Part shown: positions 10,701-21,226 of the stretch, piece after piece
Position numbering within the stretch: the stretch's first letter is position 1
How the letters are laid out: every line of letters starts with the position of its first letter
Origin: Neoechinorhynchus agilis
Taxonomy: Eukaryota; Animalia; Acanthocephala
Length of the DNA stretch: 64,000 nt
Direction of reading: 5' to 3'
NCBI GenBank assembly: GCA_051530055.1
Contig: CM121343.1
Coordinates: 4,434,389 to 4,498,388, forward strand
Translations under genes and position numbers: made by a program
Notes under the pieces: generated by a model
Seen by the model: the letters and a program-made list of their open reading frames with translations, nothing else
Told to the model about the DNA's origin: nothing
The model's database searches: none

Positions 10701-12020
10701 TCAAAATTTTGCCCTTTTAAAATTTTAAATTGAACTTAAAGCGCAAAATCAGATGGCTCTATACCTTCATTCTTGATGCGCGCAATATCAATAACGATTG
10801 ACTATTTTCTTAGTAGTCACTTAATTTACGTGCAAATTAATTTTGATTGGCTAACGAAAAAATGAACTTGATAAATAAAGAAAAGGTCAAAATTTTGCCC
10901 TTTTAAAATTTTAAATTGAACTTAAAGCGCAAAATCAGATGGCTCTGTACCTTCATTCTTGATGTGCGCAATATCAATAACGATTGACTATTTTCTTAGT
11001 AGTCACTTAATTTACGTGCAAATTAATTTTGATTGGCTAACGAAAAAATGAACTCGATAAATAAAGAGGTCAAAATTTTGCCGTTCTAAAATTTTAAATT
11101 GAACTTAAAGCGCAAAATCAGATGGCTCTATACCTTCATTCTTGATGTGCGCAATATCAATAACGATTGACTATTTTTTTAGTAGTCACTTAATTTACGT
11201 GCAAATTAATTTCTATTGGCTCACGAAAAAATGAACTTGATAAATAAAGAGGTCAAAATTTTGCCCTTTTAAAATTTGAAATTGAACTTAAAGCGCAAAA
11301 TCGGATGGCTCTGATCATTCATTCTTGAAGCGCGCAATATCAATAACGATTGACTATTTTCTTAGTAGTCACTTAATTTACGTGCAAATTAATTTTGATT
11401 GGCTCACGAAAAAATGAACTCGATAAATAAAGAAAAGGTCAAAATTTTGCCCTTTTAAAATTTGAAATTGAACTTAAAGGGCAAAATTAGATGGCTCTAT
11501 ACCTTCATTCTTGATGCGCGCAATATCAATAACGATTGACTATTTTCTTAGTAGTCACTTAATTTACGTGCAAATTAATTTTGATTGGCTAACGAAAAAA
11601 TGAACTTTATAAATAAAGAAAAGGTCAAAATTTTGCCCTTTTAAAATTTTAAATTGAACTTGAATCGCAAAATCAGATGGCGCTGTACCTTCATTCTTGA
11701 TGCGCGCAATATCAATAACGATTGACTATTTTCTTAGTAGTCACTTAATTTACGTTCAAATTAATTTTGATTGGCTAACGAAAGAGTGAACTTGATAAAT
11801 AAAGAGGTCAAAATTTTGCCCTTTTCAAATTTGAAATTGAACTTAAAGGGCAAAATCAGATTGCTCTGAGCCTTCATTCTTGATGCGCGCAATATCAATA
11901 ACGATTGACTGATTTCTTAGTAGTCACTTAATTTACGTTCAAATTAATTTTGATTGGCTAACGAAAGAGTGAACTTGGTAAATAAAGAAAAGGTCAAAAT
12001 TTTGTCCTTTTAAAATTTGA
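7779..12020. repeat. Tandem satellite, about 185-bp monomer, about 23 copies
   Basis: The anchor TGGCTCT recurs at 7791, 7977, 8164, 8350, 8536 ... with diverged variants at about 11678 and 11861 (spacing about 183-187 bp). Monomers are near-identical and AT-rich, with no long ORF. Confidence 0.98.
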
Positions 12021-12693
12021 ATTTAAAACGCAACGTAAGATTGCACTCCATCTTTTTTCGATTAGATCTTTAGGATTGAACTTGGCCCAAAGGCCAATAT
12101 GACCGAGACGGTTAAAAGGGGGGCTCTCTCGCAAATGATTTTATGCTAAAACCAAAGAAAGCCGTGTTTTTAAAAGCGCCATTCTTTTTTGTACAAAATG
12201 GCACATAAGCGAGCTCGTTAAAAGCTCCATTACCGGCCATTGAGCGATCGACCCCTTGGAAAAGTGATTCCAATTTCGCTCATTGTTCGTGTAAGATTCA
12301 CACGCAATCGAGAATGACGAGAGCACTTGTGATTGAATTCGTCGCACGGAATTAGCTCAAAAATTAACAATTGCTTGCAGAATTCGAAGGTGGCAGCAAC
12401 TCGTGGTCTTTTCGAAAAACTGGTCGATGAACGTTTTTGGCCAAGTGTGGATGTGCTAGTGAGTGAGTGAGTGAGTATGTGAGTGTATAATCGTCGTCAC
12501 AGTATCGAACTCCTAAAAGTTACAACCCGAGCAACGGGGCAGTCGATGACATCATTAGTCTTAAAGGCGAAATGGAATGAAAAGAATCTTTGAATACGTT
12601 TCACTCTTGTCGAATTGATGGTATATCAGAGACCCGATCCGCAGGTTCAAGTCAAAAACTGAAACCGAAATCGTATGTTTTTACATTGGCTCC

Positions 12694-13501
12694 TCACAAA
12701 TCTCTCATCGGGACGCTCTTCTCGGATTCCTTTCCCATTCCATGACTACGACTAGTAAACGATGCCTCCTTTTGTTGCGTAGGCGATTGATTTCCGTCTC
12801 TGCTTGATCGGCCATAACGGGATTTATCCTCAAGTCCATAAGAAAGTGCATTCTTAATCGGCGATGGGGATTTCAAACGGGCACTTTCCTTCTCGGCTGA
12901 TAATGATCTTGAGCCATGACTTCTATGATGACGACGGTGACTTTGGTGACGACGAGAGCCTCCAGACCGTCCATTATGTTCTCTTGACCTTGACCTACGC
13001 CGTTTAGATCGATAGTCCCGTCCGGATTCCTCTGAAAGGGACCTCGAATGCCTCCGAGCACGGTCACATCTTCTGGACGAGAATTCAGCTCCGCTCGAAC
13101 TAATAAAAAACGATAAATATACACATGTACAATTGTTGAACTTACTGGTGTTTCTGACGTTCTTGTCTTTGCCGTCGACGACGGACTTCGCAGTCATAAC
13201 CGTAATGTCCCCGTTCCCCACATTCATAGCATCGATCATCTGGATGGAATGGTCTACGAACCCTTCCTCCGGATCTCCGGACGCTCTCCATCACATCGAC
13301 CTTGATCTCCGCTCCGCAAATAATCTGACGGTGCATCGAATACGCTGCATCCTTGGCATCCGTTCTATGTCTATACTCAACAAAAGCCTCACCGCCCCGT
13401 TTGATCACTACGCGATCAATCCTTCCATACTGGCCAAAGACCTCATGAAGCTGACCCTCAGTCGTCCCATCGCGCAACTCACGGACTCTGATTGTACTCA
13501 T
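12694..13501 (-). CDS. SRSF7: SR splicing factor, SRSF7/9G8-like (RRM + CCHC zinc knuckle + RS domain); exons 13501-13146 and 13099-12694
   Basis: RRM (GEAFVEY, IKVDVM) then DDRCYECGERGHYGYDC. A 46-nt GTAAG...TTAG intron (13145-13100) joins exon 1 in frame to the RS-rich reading frame of ORF 12694-13239. Confidence 0.85.
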
Positions 13502-14176
13502 CTAAAGAACGAAAACTTACACGATTCCAAAGGACAGCAGAAGCACAGGGTAGAAGTGCGCGCACGCGGACGCATACACACACAAGGAACAATCAGAAAT
13601 ATGGAAGAATCTACCAAGATGCTTGGACGAACACGTCACAAACACACTTTAGGATCAACGCCAGCCACTACAATCTATTTAAGAATTTACTGAGATACAA
13701 AAAACCACAATAATAACCAACCCATATCCACCTCGAGTAGCAACGTACTGCAATGATTCAAACCAACACAAACATACATCTACCAGCACCAATGGCGCAC
13801 GAACAAGCCCAAGTCTCAAAAATCAGAAGCGCTTGAAATCGTGGCTTACCAATAATCAAAAATTGATACTAAGCCCAAAAACGAGGTGATGCAAGATTAC
13901 GTCTCTCCGATCGCATGATGTTATGAGTTTACATGCATCAACGCCGTTCCTTCGGGGTTATTACGTCACTCGGCAGGAAAATATTGATCCTAAAAACAAT
14001 ACCGCGTGATTTCTGAATCTCAAGAGGATTAGCAGACGAAAGCCTGAAATTTGCTGGAATCAGTAAAAAATGATTCTTTATGAGCGATGGTCCGTCCTTA
14101 TCGATATGAGAAAATTAAACACAGAATTACCCATCGATGGTCATCGCAGAGATGAGTTCGCATTCAAGTTTCAATG

Positions 14177-14850
14177 ATCGATCATTGACAATGGATTGCT
14201 GGTCTATCGTATGATTTTATTGAATTGTTCATGTTTCGATATGGCACTAAATTTAAAAGGATTTATTGATTCCGATATTTCGATACAATCTTGTGCCTTC
14301 CAAAAAATGATCGATCATTGACAATGGATTGCTGGTCTATCGTATGATTTTCTTCATTAATATCATCGGCACTTATCATCTCTTATCCCAATGAACCAAA
14401 ATCATTAATCTTTACTATTTTTTTTAATTTTGAGCTCTCAAATGATCACACTTTGACGGTTGCCAAAATGTTTAAAGATTGAATTGTTCATGTTTTGATA
14501 TGGCACTAAATTTAAAAGGATTTATTGATTCCGATATTTCGATACAATCTTGTGCCTTCCAAAAAATGATCGATCATTGACAATGGATTGCTGGTCTATC
14601 GCATGATTTTCTTCATTAACATCATCGGCACTTATCATCTCTTATCCCAATGAACCAAAATCGTTAATCTTTACAATTTTTTTTAATTTTGAGCTCTCAA
14701 ATGATCACACTTTGACGGTCGCCAAAATGTTTAACGATTGAATTGTTCATGTCTGAAATTCAAACAACCTAGATAAATGCGTACAAGATTGTGCGGAAAT
14801 ATCGGAATCAATAAATTCTTTTAATTTTCCGTCATATTGGAATTTTAATC
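14177..14850. repeat. About 260-bp tandem duplication (2+ copies) closed by an inverted copy; foldback/MITE-like
   Basis: GATCGATCATTGACAATGGATTGCTGGTCTATCG occurs at about 14177, 14308 and 14568; TTGAATTGTTCATGT at about 14220, 14480 and 14738. Bases about 14780-14825 are the reverse complement of TTAAAAGGATTTATTGATTCCGATATTTC...CAATCTTGT. Confidence 0.8.
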
Positions 14851-15422
14851 CACTTGCAAATTAAGCGGCCATTGAGTTTTCATTTGGACATGAGTCAATT
14901 AAGCGAGACTGTTCAGCGCCATTTCAAAGGCGTTTAGGTATCAAAACTGCGATTATGTTTGGCTTGGGTCGCAAAGAAACCGGCTAATCACATTTTTCTA
15001 AGCATTGGAGATTCTCAGATCCCATCAAGCACTCGATTAGTTGATCTTTGGGTCTATTGGGGCATTTAAAGAATCTCACTGAAAACACTGACTGCTTCAA
15101 TAATGAACGTGATTTGTGTATGCAACAAAGTCTTAGAGCGGTATCAGAATCTTCATGAAATTCGGATGTCACATTTGCATCAAAAATCACATTATCCTTC
15201 TGCGAATGTTTAAGAGTGGGATTTGAACAAATCGGATGATCGAAAAAAATAAACGGTTTGACCCATCACTTAATCGTTTCTTTTAATATGCTATATCAGA
15301 CACGCTTGCTCAAGCCGTGTCGTTTTCAAATGCGAGATTTCATAAACTTAAAAGAACTCTCGCGCAAACACAAGAGCTGCACCCCGGTGTTCGGCCTCAC
15401 CCAATCACACCTCCTCCTCCTT

Positions 15423-16721
15423 CTATCGATCATTGTCACTGCTACGTTTGTGTCCTGCGCCAGTGTTGCTAATATCCATCTCCTTCTTATCTTCGTTGCC
15501 ATCATGAATCACACCAACTCCGCACTGACTCAAATCTCCACCACCACCACCACCACCACCAACCGGACAATGTATGTCGGTCGTATCGGCTGCTGCAGCC
15601 ACGGCCGCCGCTCCACTTGTGCGTCTACCAAGAGCATTGGTCGCTGATCCGCCCGGACTAGGAGCGCTTTGTTGCTTAAGAAGCGTCCAATCGAACGTAA
15701 AGTCATAGAAGTGGTTTAGCGTTCTAAACAGAATTCTGAATAACTGTCTTAGATACATATAATCAGGGTGTTCCTCAAATCGTAATCCACGGGAATAATT
15801 GAGAAACATTGCGAACTCCGCTGGAAACCCACGACATAGCATCTCAACCGGAGTACTCATTTTCTTCTCACTTATTCGTTCGTACTTCTGCTTTTTGTTA
15901 AAAGCCTTAAGACCTTGCCAAGGCAAATTTCCTCTATTAAAGTACATGAGTACATAGCCCAGTGATTCCAAATCATCGCGGCGGCTTTGTTCAATGCCTA
16001 GGTGAGCATTGATTGATGCGTAGCGGGCGGTTCCTGTCAGATTCTTGTCTTCACGGTAGGGAATGTGGATTCGTGTTCCTTTTTCTCTATAACGCTTCGC
16101 GAGTCCAAAATCAATCAGAAACACTTTATTGCAATGACGACCAATACCCATCAAGAAATTATCCGGTTTGATGTCTCGATGAATGAATCCACGGCCATGA
16201 ACAAACTCAATACGGGTCACTAACTGATCAGCTAACATAAGTACGGTCTTCATGGTGAACCGACGACAACAAAAACAGAACAGATCTTCAAGACTCGGAC
16301 CCAACAGGTCCAGGACTAGAATATTGAACTCTTTATCAACACCAAAATATCGAATATGCGGAATTCCAACGCCGCCGAATAATGCGCGATACAGCTTACT
16401 TTCATACAAAAGCTGCGGGTGTTTGCTACGCCTAGGCTCCAGCTTAACAGCCAGTTCTTCGCCATTCGTTATATTGATTCCGAGGTAAATATCTCCAAAT
16501 GATCCTGAACCTATCTTTCTAATCAATCGATACTTCCCTCCAATCGTCATCGACGTTCGAGGCAACTCACTCAAAGCTTGATTCGCACCCAAACCACCGC
16601 CCCCATTTCCACCAGAAACTCCAGTGTTCCCAGTTGTCGTGTTACCACCCGCACCCGAAGCATTGGCCGCTGCTGACACGTTACCCAGAGACAGTCCTTG
16701 ATTTGCACCCGGAGACGCCAT
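15423..16721 (-). CDS. CSNK1A1: Casein kinase I alpha, intronless, with Gly/Ala/Asn-rich N-terminal extension
   Basis: [75 protein letters not shown] (alpha-type). First ATG at 16721; the ORF track starts at an upstream non-ATG codon. Confidence 0.95.
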   Translation of the reverse strand: MASPGANQGLSLGNVSAAANASGAGGNTTTGNTGVSGGNGGGGLGANQALSELPRTSMTIGGKYRLIRKIGSGSFGDIYLGINITNGEELAVKLEPRRSKHPQLLYESKLYRALFGGVGIPHIRYFGVDKEFNILVLDLLGPSLEDLFCFCCRRFTMKTVLMLADQLVTRIEFVHGRGFIHRDIKPDNFLMGIGRHCNKVFLIDFGLAKRYREKGTRIHIPYREDKNLTGTARYASINAHLGIEQSRRDDLESLGYVLMYFNRGNLPWQGLKAFNKKQKYERISEKKMSTPVEMLCRGFPAEFAMFLNYSRGLRFEEHPDYMYLRQLFRILFRTLNHFYDFTFDWTLLKQQSAPSPGGSATNALGRRTSGAAAVAAAADTTDIHCPVGGGGGGGGDLSQCGVGVIHDGNEDKKEMDISNTGAGHKRSSDNDR

Positions 16722-17133
16722 CTTCGCAAATGGTGATTGAGTATCGAGCAATAATGTTGTGGTTTGAGCGCGGAAAAGCGGTTTTGTATTCGGAAGAACA
16801 CACAAACAGGTTTAGTGACGTCATGACAGAGAAAAAATGAACGCCGTAAAGAATTTATACTTCATTTACAGCAGCACTGCGCTATGCCGTATTCGTAATG
16901 CAGTGATCAAATACACGATCCGTTTTGGACTTTATTTGAGGATCTTTTAGAAAAACTATAGGAATTTTGTGGAAATCCGATCGCTTTAAGGAAGGTACAA
17001 TCTTGTACGTGATTTTAATACGGAACCAAAATCCTTTTGATTGTTCATCGTCATAAAAAACAAGCATGAATAGTTCAATCGTCAAACAAATCAATAAGTT
17101 TACGTTTTTACAAAGTTTCAGGCTGTTTTCTAC

Positions 17134-20100
17134 TTGTATTGCTCAGTGCACTTCACATCACACCGCATGCACAATTTTCGTTGTAACGAAAAAAGCGTTG
17201 TTTCTGGTGATTTCCTTTCGAGACCTCCCGATCCTCCTGATGATCGTGCAGGTTTGGATGTCGGTGGTTCGCTAAGCTCTAACAACTTGCGAATTCCAAT
17301 GCCCTTGGAGAAGCGAGAGCAGTTGCTCTCTGATCTCGAGCATCTATCTCAAGTCCTGGTAAACAATTCCCAGTTGACATCGACAAAGCAACAAATTCCA
17401 AAATACTCTACCGACAAAAAGACGGCCTTTCATAGCCATTTTTAAATCTAAACCTATCCTACCCAAACAAATCATGTACGACCAAGCAGTAAGTCCGTGG
17501 ACTCGGACCTTCAAGAACGATGGTATTAAAAGGATCGATCACATATTACGCCGGCACCCTAAGAATCTACCTGACTTCACACAATTGGTTGGATCACCTT
17601 GTCAAGTTTTCGAAATCTAACCTCCCTAAAGAAGTCTACGATATTACGTCCAGTTCTCAAAAAGTTCAATTTCTGGTTAAAGGTGTTGAACCTTCTCTCA
17701 GCAAAGAAGAACGGGACGAGTTCGAACAAACTTTTGGATGCAATCTAAAGTTCTAAACTCAAGAAGGACGGGCCAACCTATTCCTATTGCCATGGTAGAA
17801 GGACAATGGAATGTGCGTGATGACTTATGTTCTCAACAATTTTGCTCCTTCAACTGCTTCGAAATTAACTTCGTGATGAAATAAAACTATGAGCAAGATG
17901 ATTTCATCTTTCCGCAATGCAATATCTGTCAGCATTGGGGCCATTGGTGCCAACACTGCCCCAATCCTTCTCACAAAAAATGTTGTCACTGTGGGGGTTC
18001 CTCTCACGGTTCGGATCAATGTACCAGTTCAAATAAACATTGCCCAAATTGTCAAGGACAGCATTCGTCTTTTTACAAAGGATGCCAACAATTCAAAAAT
18101 TACTGGGTCTGGGCTCAGAATTCTCGTATTAACGCCGTGGAAAAAGCTCATTACTACAACTAAGCAAGTAGCGCCTAAACTCAATTCATTGCTTCCACCG
18201 CCAACTCTAACTTCTCAGGATTTTCCGGTAACGTGCCCTCTACTCAAGTGGTAACCATGGAGGTGCTAGAGAGCAAATTAGATGAAGCTTGTAACAAGAT
18301 TCTAATGATTATGCAAGCTCGTTTTACGGAGGCAATGCTGGCTTTTGAAAGAAAGATGAGCGTCTTAATTGATAAGTTCATGAACATTCCGACTATTTTT
18401 CCTCGTGTTTACCAGAACAAAGCCCTGCAAAACTCAAAAGAGCGAGTGTGTCTGGCGAGGTTGCACGAGCAGCCAAAAAGCCAAATGGTGGCTCTCGCTC
18501 ACAGCACGAGGATGATGTTGTGATGGATGAACATCAATCAACTTCTGAATTCGTTGCAAGAATAATTGAAACCCAATCCAGGCTGATCGAGAACGGAACA
18601 GCCAATTTGATTTCAAATGCCAATGCGAAGAAACTTTGACTCGATGGCTCAGGAGAAGCTAGGCAATGTTAAGGTGTTGCAGTGGAACTGTTGGGGTGCG
18701 ACCAACCTTTTTAAGCTCACTCGATATTTTCCAGGAATATCCATAGCTCTCATTCAAGAGTCAAAAAGCGTTTTTAATTTAGAGCAACTATATGTTCATC
18801 TACCCCTTTTAAAGTCTTCGGTTTTTACATCTTTCGTTCATCCTCCCTATGGACTTGCCACACAAGGCCTTATTTTCATTTTTCAATCTTCCCTTGTTTT
18901 CTCACTGATCATGCCCTATTCCTCTGAGGAATTGTCTTACAGTATTTTTGAAATACTTTTCAAGAAGAACTATCTCTCCCTTGCGAATATTTACATAAGA
19001 CCAGGTCTCATTCATCGTTCGCATGTAAAAGACAAAATCAAATGGCTCCTAGGGGCTAACATCGATCTTCTTGTGTGAGATTTTAATGATCCATCCTTGA
19101 AATGGTATCGGGTCATTGTTAACGCTGTCAATCCTTCCCATTCTCTTATCATGCCTAACAATCCTCCTTCCTTTCACAATATTTCTACCAACAAACACTC
19201 CTTTTTGGATCTAGTAATTTTGAAGAAAATTTTAAACCTTTCAGTCGAATATGATCGCCAAGTCTCCAATTTTGTCCTCTTAGGACACGACATCTTGATT
19301 TGGTCCATTGGTCCCTTTGACAGGCTGCGCAAAGTGCATCACTTATCCCCTTTAAATTTAGCGTGTTTTCGGCTAGTTTGCGAGAAAATTTTCTTAAACT
19401 TAGGGTCTGATTGCAAGTTGTCAGATATTTTACCTTTAGCAAACTCCTTAGTTAATAAAGCCGCTAATTCTTTTTTATGTCACACCGTTAAAACCTTCTC
19501 TCGCCCTTATGTGAGCCGATCACTTCGTTTTCTTGGACGCCAACTCTATGTAGCCCAACGCTCTGGGGATACCCCTCTATGCAAAACCCTATCAAGCCTT
19601 CTATGGGTTGCCCGTTGCCGACAGCGACAACGAAGGGATGCTGATTTTCTTGCTACACTCAAACCTTACTCTTCAAACTGGTGGCGTACCTTTTCTAATA
19701 AGGGTAAAGTACCTTGGAGATCAAAAATTACGGCTTGGTTAAAATCCTCGACTTTGGAGGATATTCTTACTCAAACTTTTGACTTCCATTTCGCAGGCTC
19801 CTCGACCAACGTGTCGTCAATTTGTTTTCGTAAACTAATTCGAATCGTACTGATATCTAATTAAATGACATTCTCGAAGTTTGGTCCCAGAATTTTAAAG
19901 TTCGGGCCTCGCTCACCTGCTACGCGGATGATTTTACTTTTGTCATCTCCACCCACAGAGCAGCTAGAATGAAACTCCGGATTGAGCAATGTATTGATTT
20001 TCTTAACTCCTTTTTACCTAAAATGAACTTATCGTTGAATAAGTCGAAATGTTTATGCATTTTTAAAGTTCGCTCAAGCAGAATTGGGAAAGATTTAAAA

Positions 20101-20550
20101 TCCTTTTTCAACAATTTAATGAACAACCCTGGCACCTCCTCTTCAGGTTTTACGAATACACCCCTTAAAATTAAAATATTGGGTCACACCTTTACTGCTA
20201 ATCTCTCGCCTAGATTAGATTTGAATAAAATGAAAAAATGATCACTTTAGCATCGAAAAAGACGAAGCGCGCCGTTACTCTCGGTTTAAACGCTAATCAA
20301 TGCCAAACTATTTACAAAAGCTGGAGCATTCCTGGCCTGGTCTTTTTTTTCGAGGTCGCCCCCAGGAACAGACTTTAATCATCAAAACGTTCTGCGATAA
20401 CCTTATTGCCCTGTCTTTCTCCTGGGCCGGAGAATTGAGGATCTTCTTCAACAATAGACTTATGAGATGGTCTAGTTGTACGATACTGATTAGTTTCTTG
20501 TTTTTGGTTTTTCTTCTCATACTGCCACATGATGAATAAATCTGTATTAT
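17134..20550 (+). mobile_element. Decayed non-LTR retrotransposon (LINE): fragmented ORF1, APE endonuclease and the C-terminal part of the RT
   Basis: PPDPPD motif near the 5' end; endonuclease motifs VLQWNCWG, ALIQES, NIYIRP, LV*DFN, SFLDLVI; RT motif CYADD at 19918-19932; KILGHTF; many stops and frameshifts; AATAAA near 20536. Confidence 0.85.
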
Positions 20551-21226
20551 TTTAGTTTTCGCGCCGGTAATCTCAAATCAGATGAAATTCTCGCCTAAAA
20601 ATTTGTTTCTTAAATATCGCTGTAGGTTCAACGAATCCATATCTTTTGTGCAGCCATCGAACAGAAAGAGAAATCAGCATTGCCTTCTCTATATGCCCAC
20701 GGCGCGTACAACTCGTAAGGAACTTCTTGGTTTGTTCGATGCGTTGGACGCGTTCTCTCGCTCGTGTTCGCTTAGAAACCGCGACACTGGGGGCGGGGTG
20801 CCGTTCGAAAAGTTGACCGAACTGGACGGATTTCGGTTCATATCTCCCGCTCTGTGTGGTTGCGAATTCAACAGCGCTACCGGATCAATCACCCACATCT
20901 TCAGTCGCTCAATCGGCGGATAATTTGTCCTTAGCACTTTTGGCTCCAGCCCTGTCAGACATTTCTCTAAGATCGGAGCTTTATTTAATTTCCGACGATA
21001 TCATCGTCTAGCTGGAAAAGGTCGAAATGGTTAATGTATAAATAACGCTATATTCCATAAGAAAAACAATTGACGTAAAACAGTAAGAAATTTAATCATG
21101 AAGAGGCATCGCTGAAGATGGATTTTCAACGTCCCGTACAAACTCGCGCACAAAACGAAGTTCATAAGGTATTCAAACTGCTATTTCACGAACATTCTTC
21201 TCACAGATCGATTCAGTTAAACCTTT

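Noticed and set aside
7779-12020. CRISPR array or tandem RNA-gene cluster (5S, SL, snRNA)
   Set aside because: Whole monomers repeat with no unique spacers, no cas genes are present and the context is eukaryotic. I saw no 5S or snRNA consensus, Pol III boxes or clear Sm site.
19076-19078. Possible TGA recoding (TGA at the Gly of VGDFN; also at 49927 in a zinc knuckle)
   Set aside because: Both occur in elements with frameshifts and TAA/TAG stops, and intact genes (SRSF7-like, NCS, STUB1) end in TGA, so ordinary decay is sufficient.
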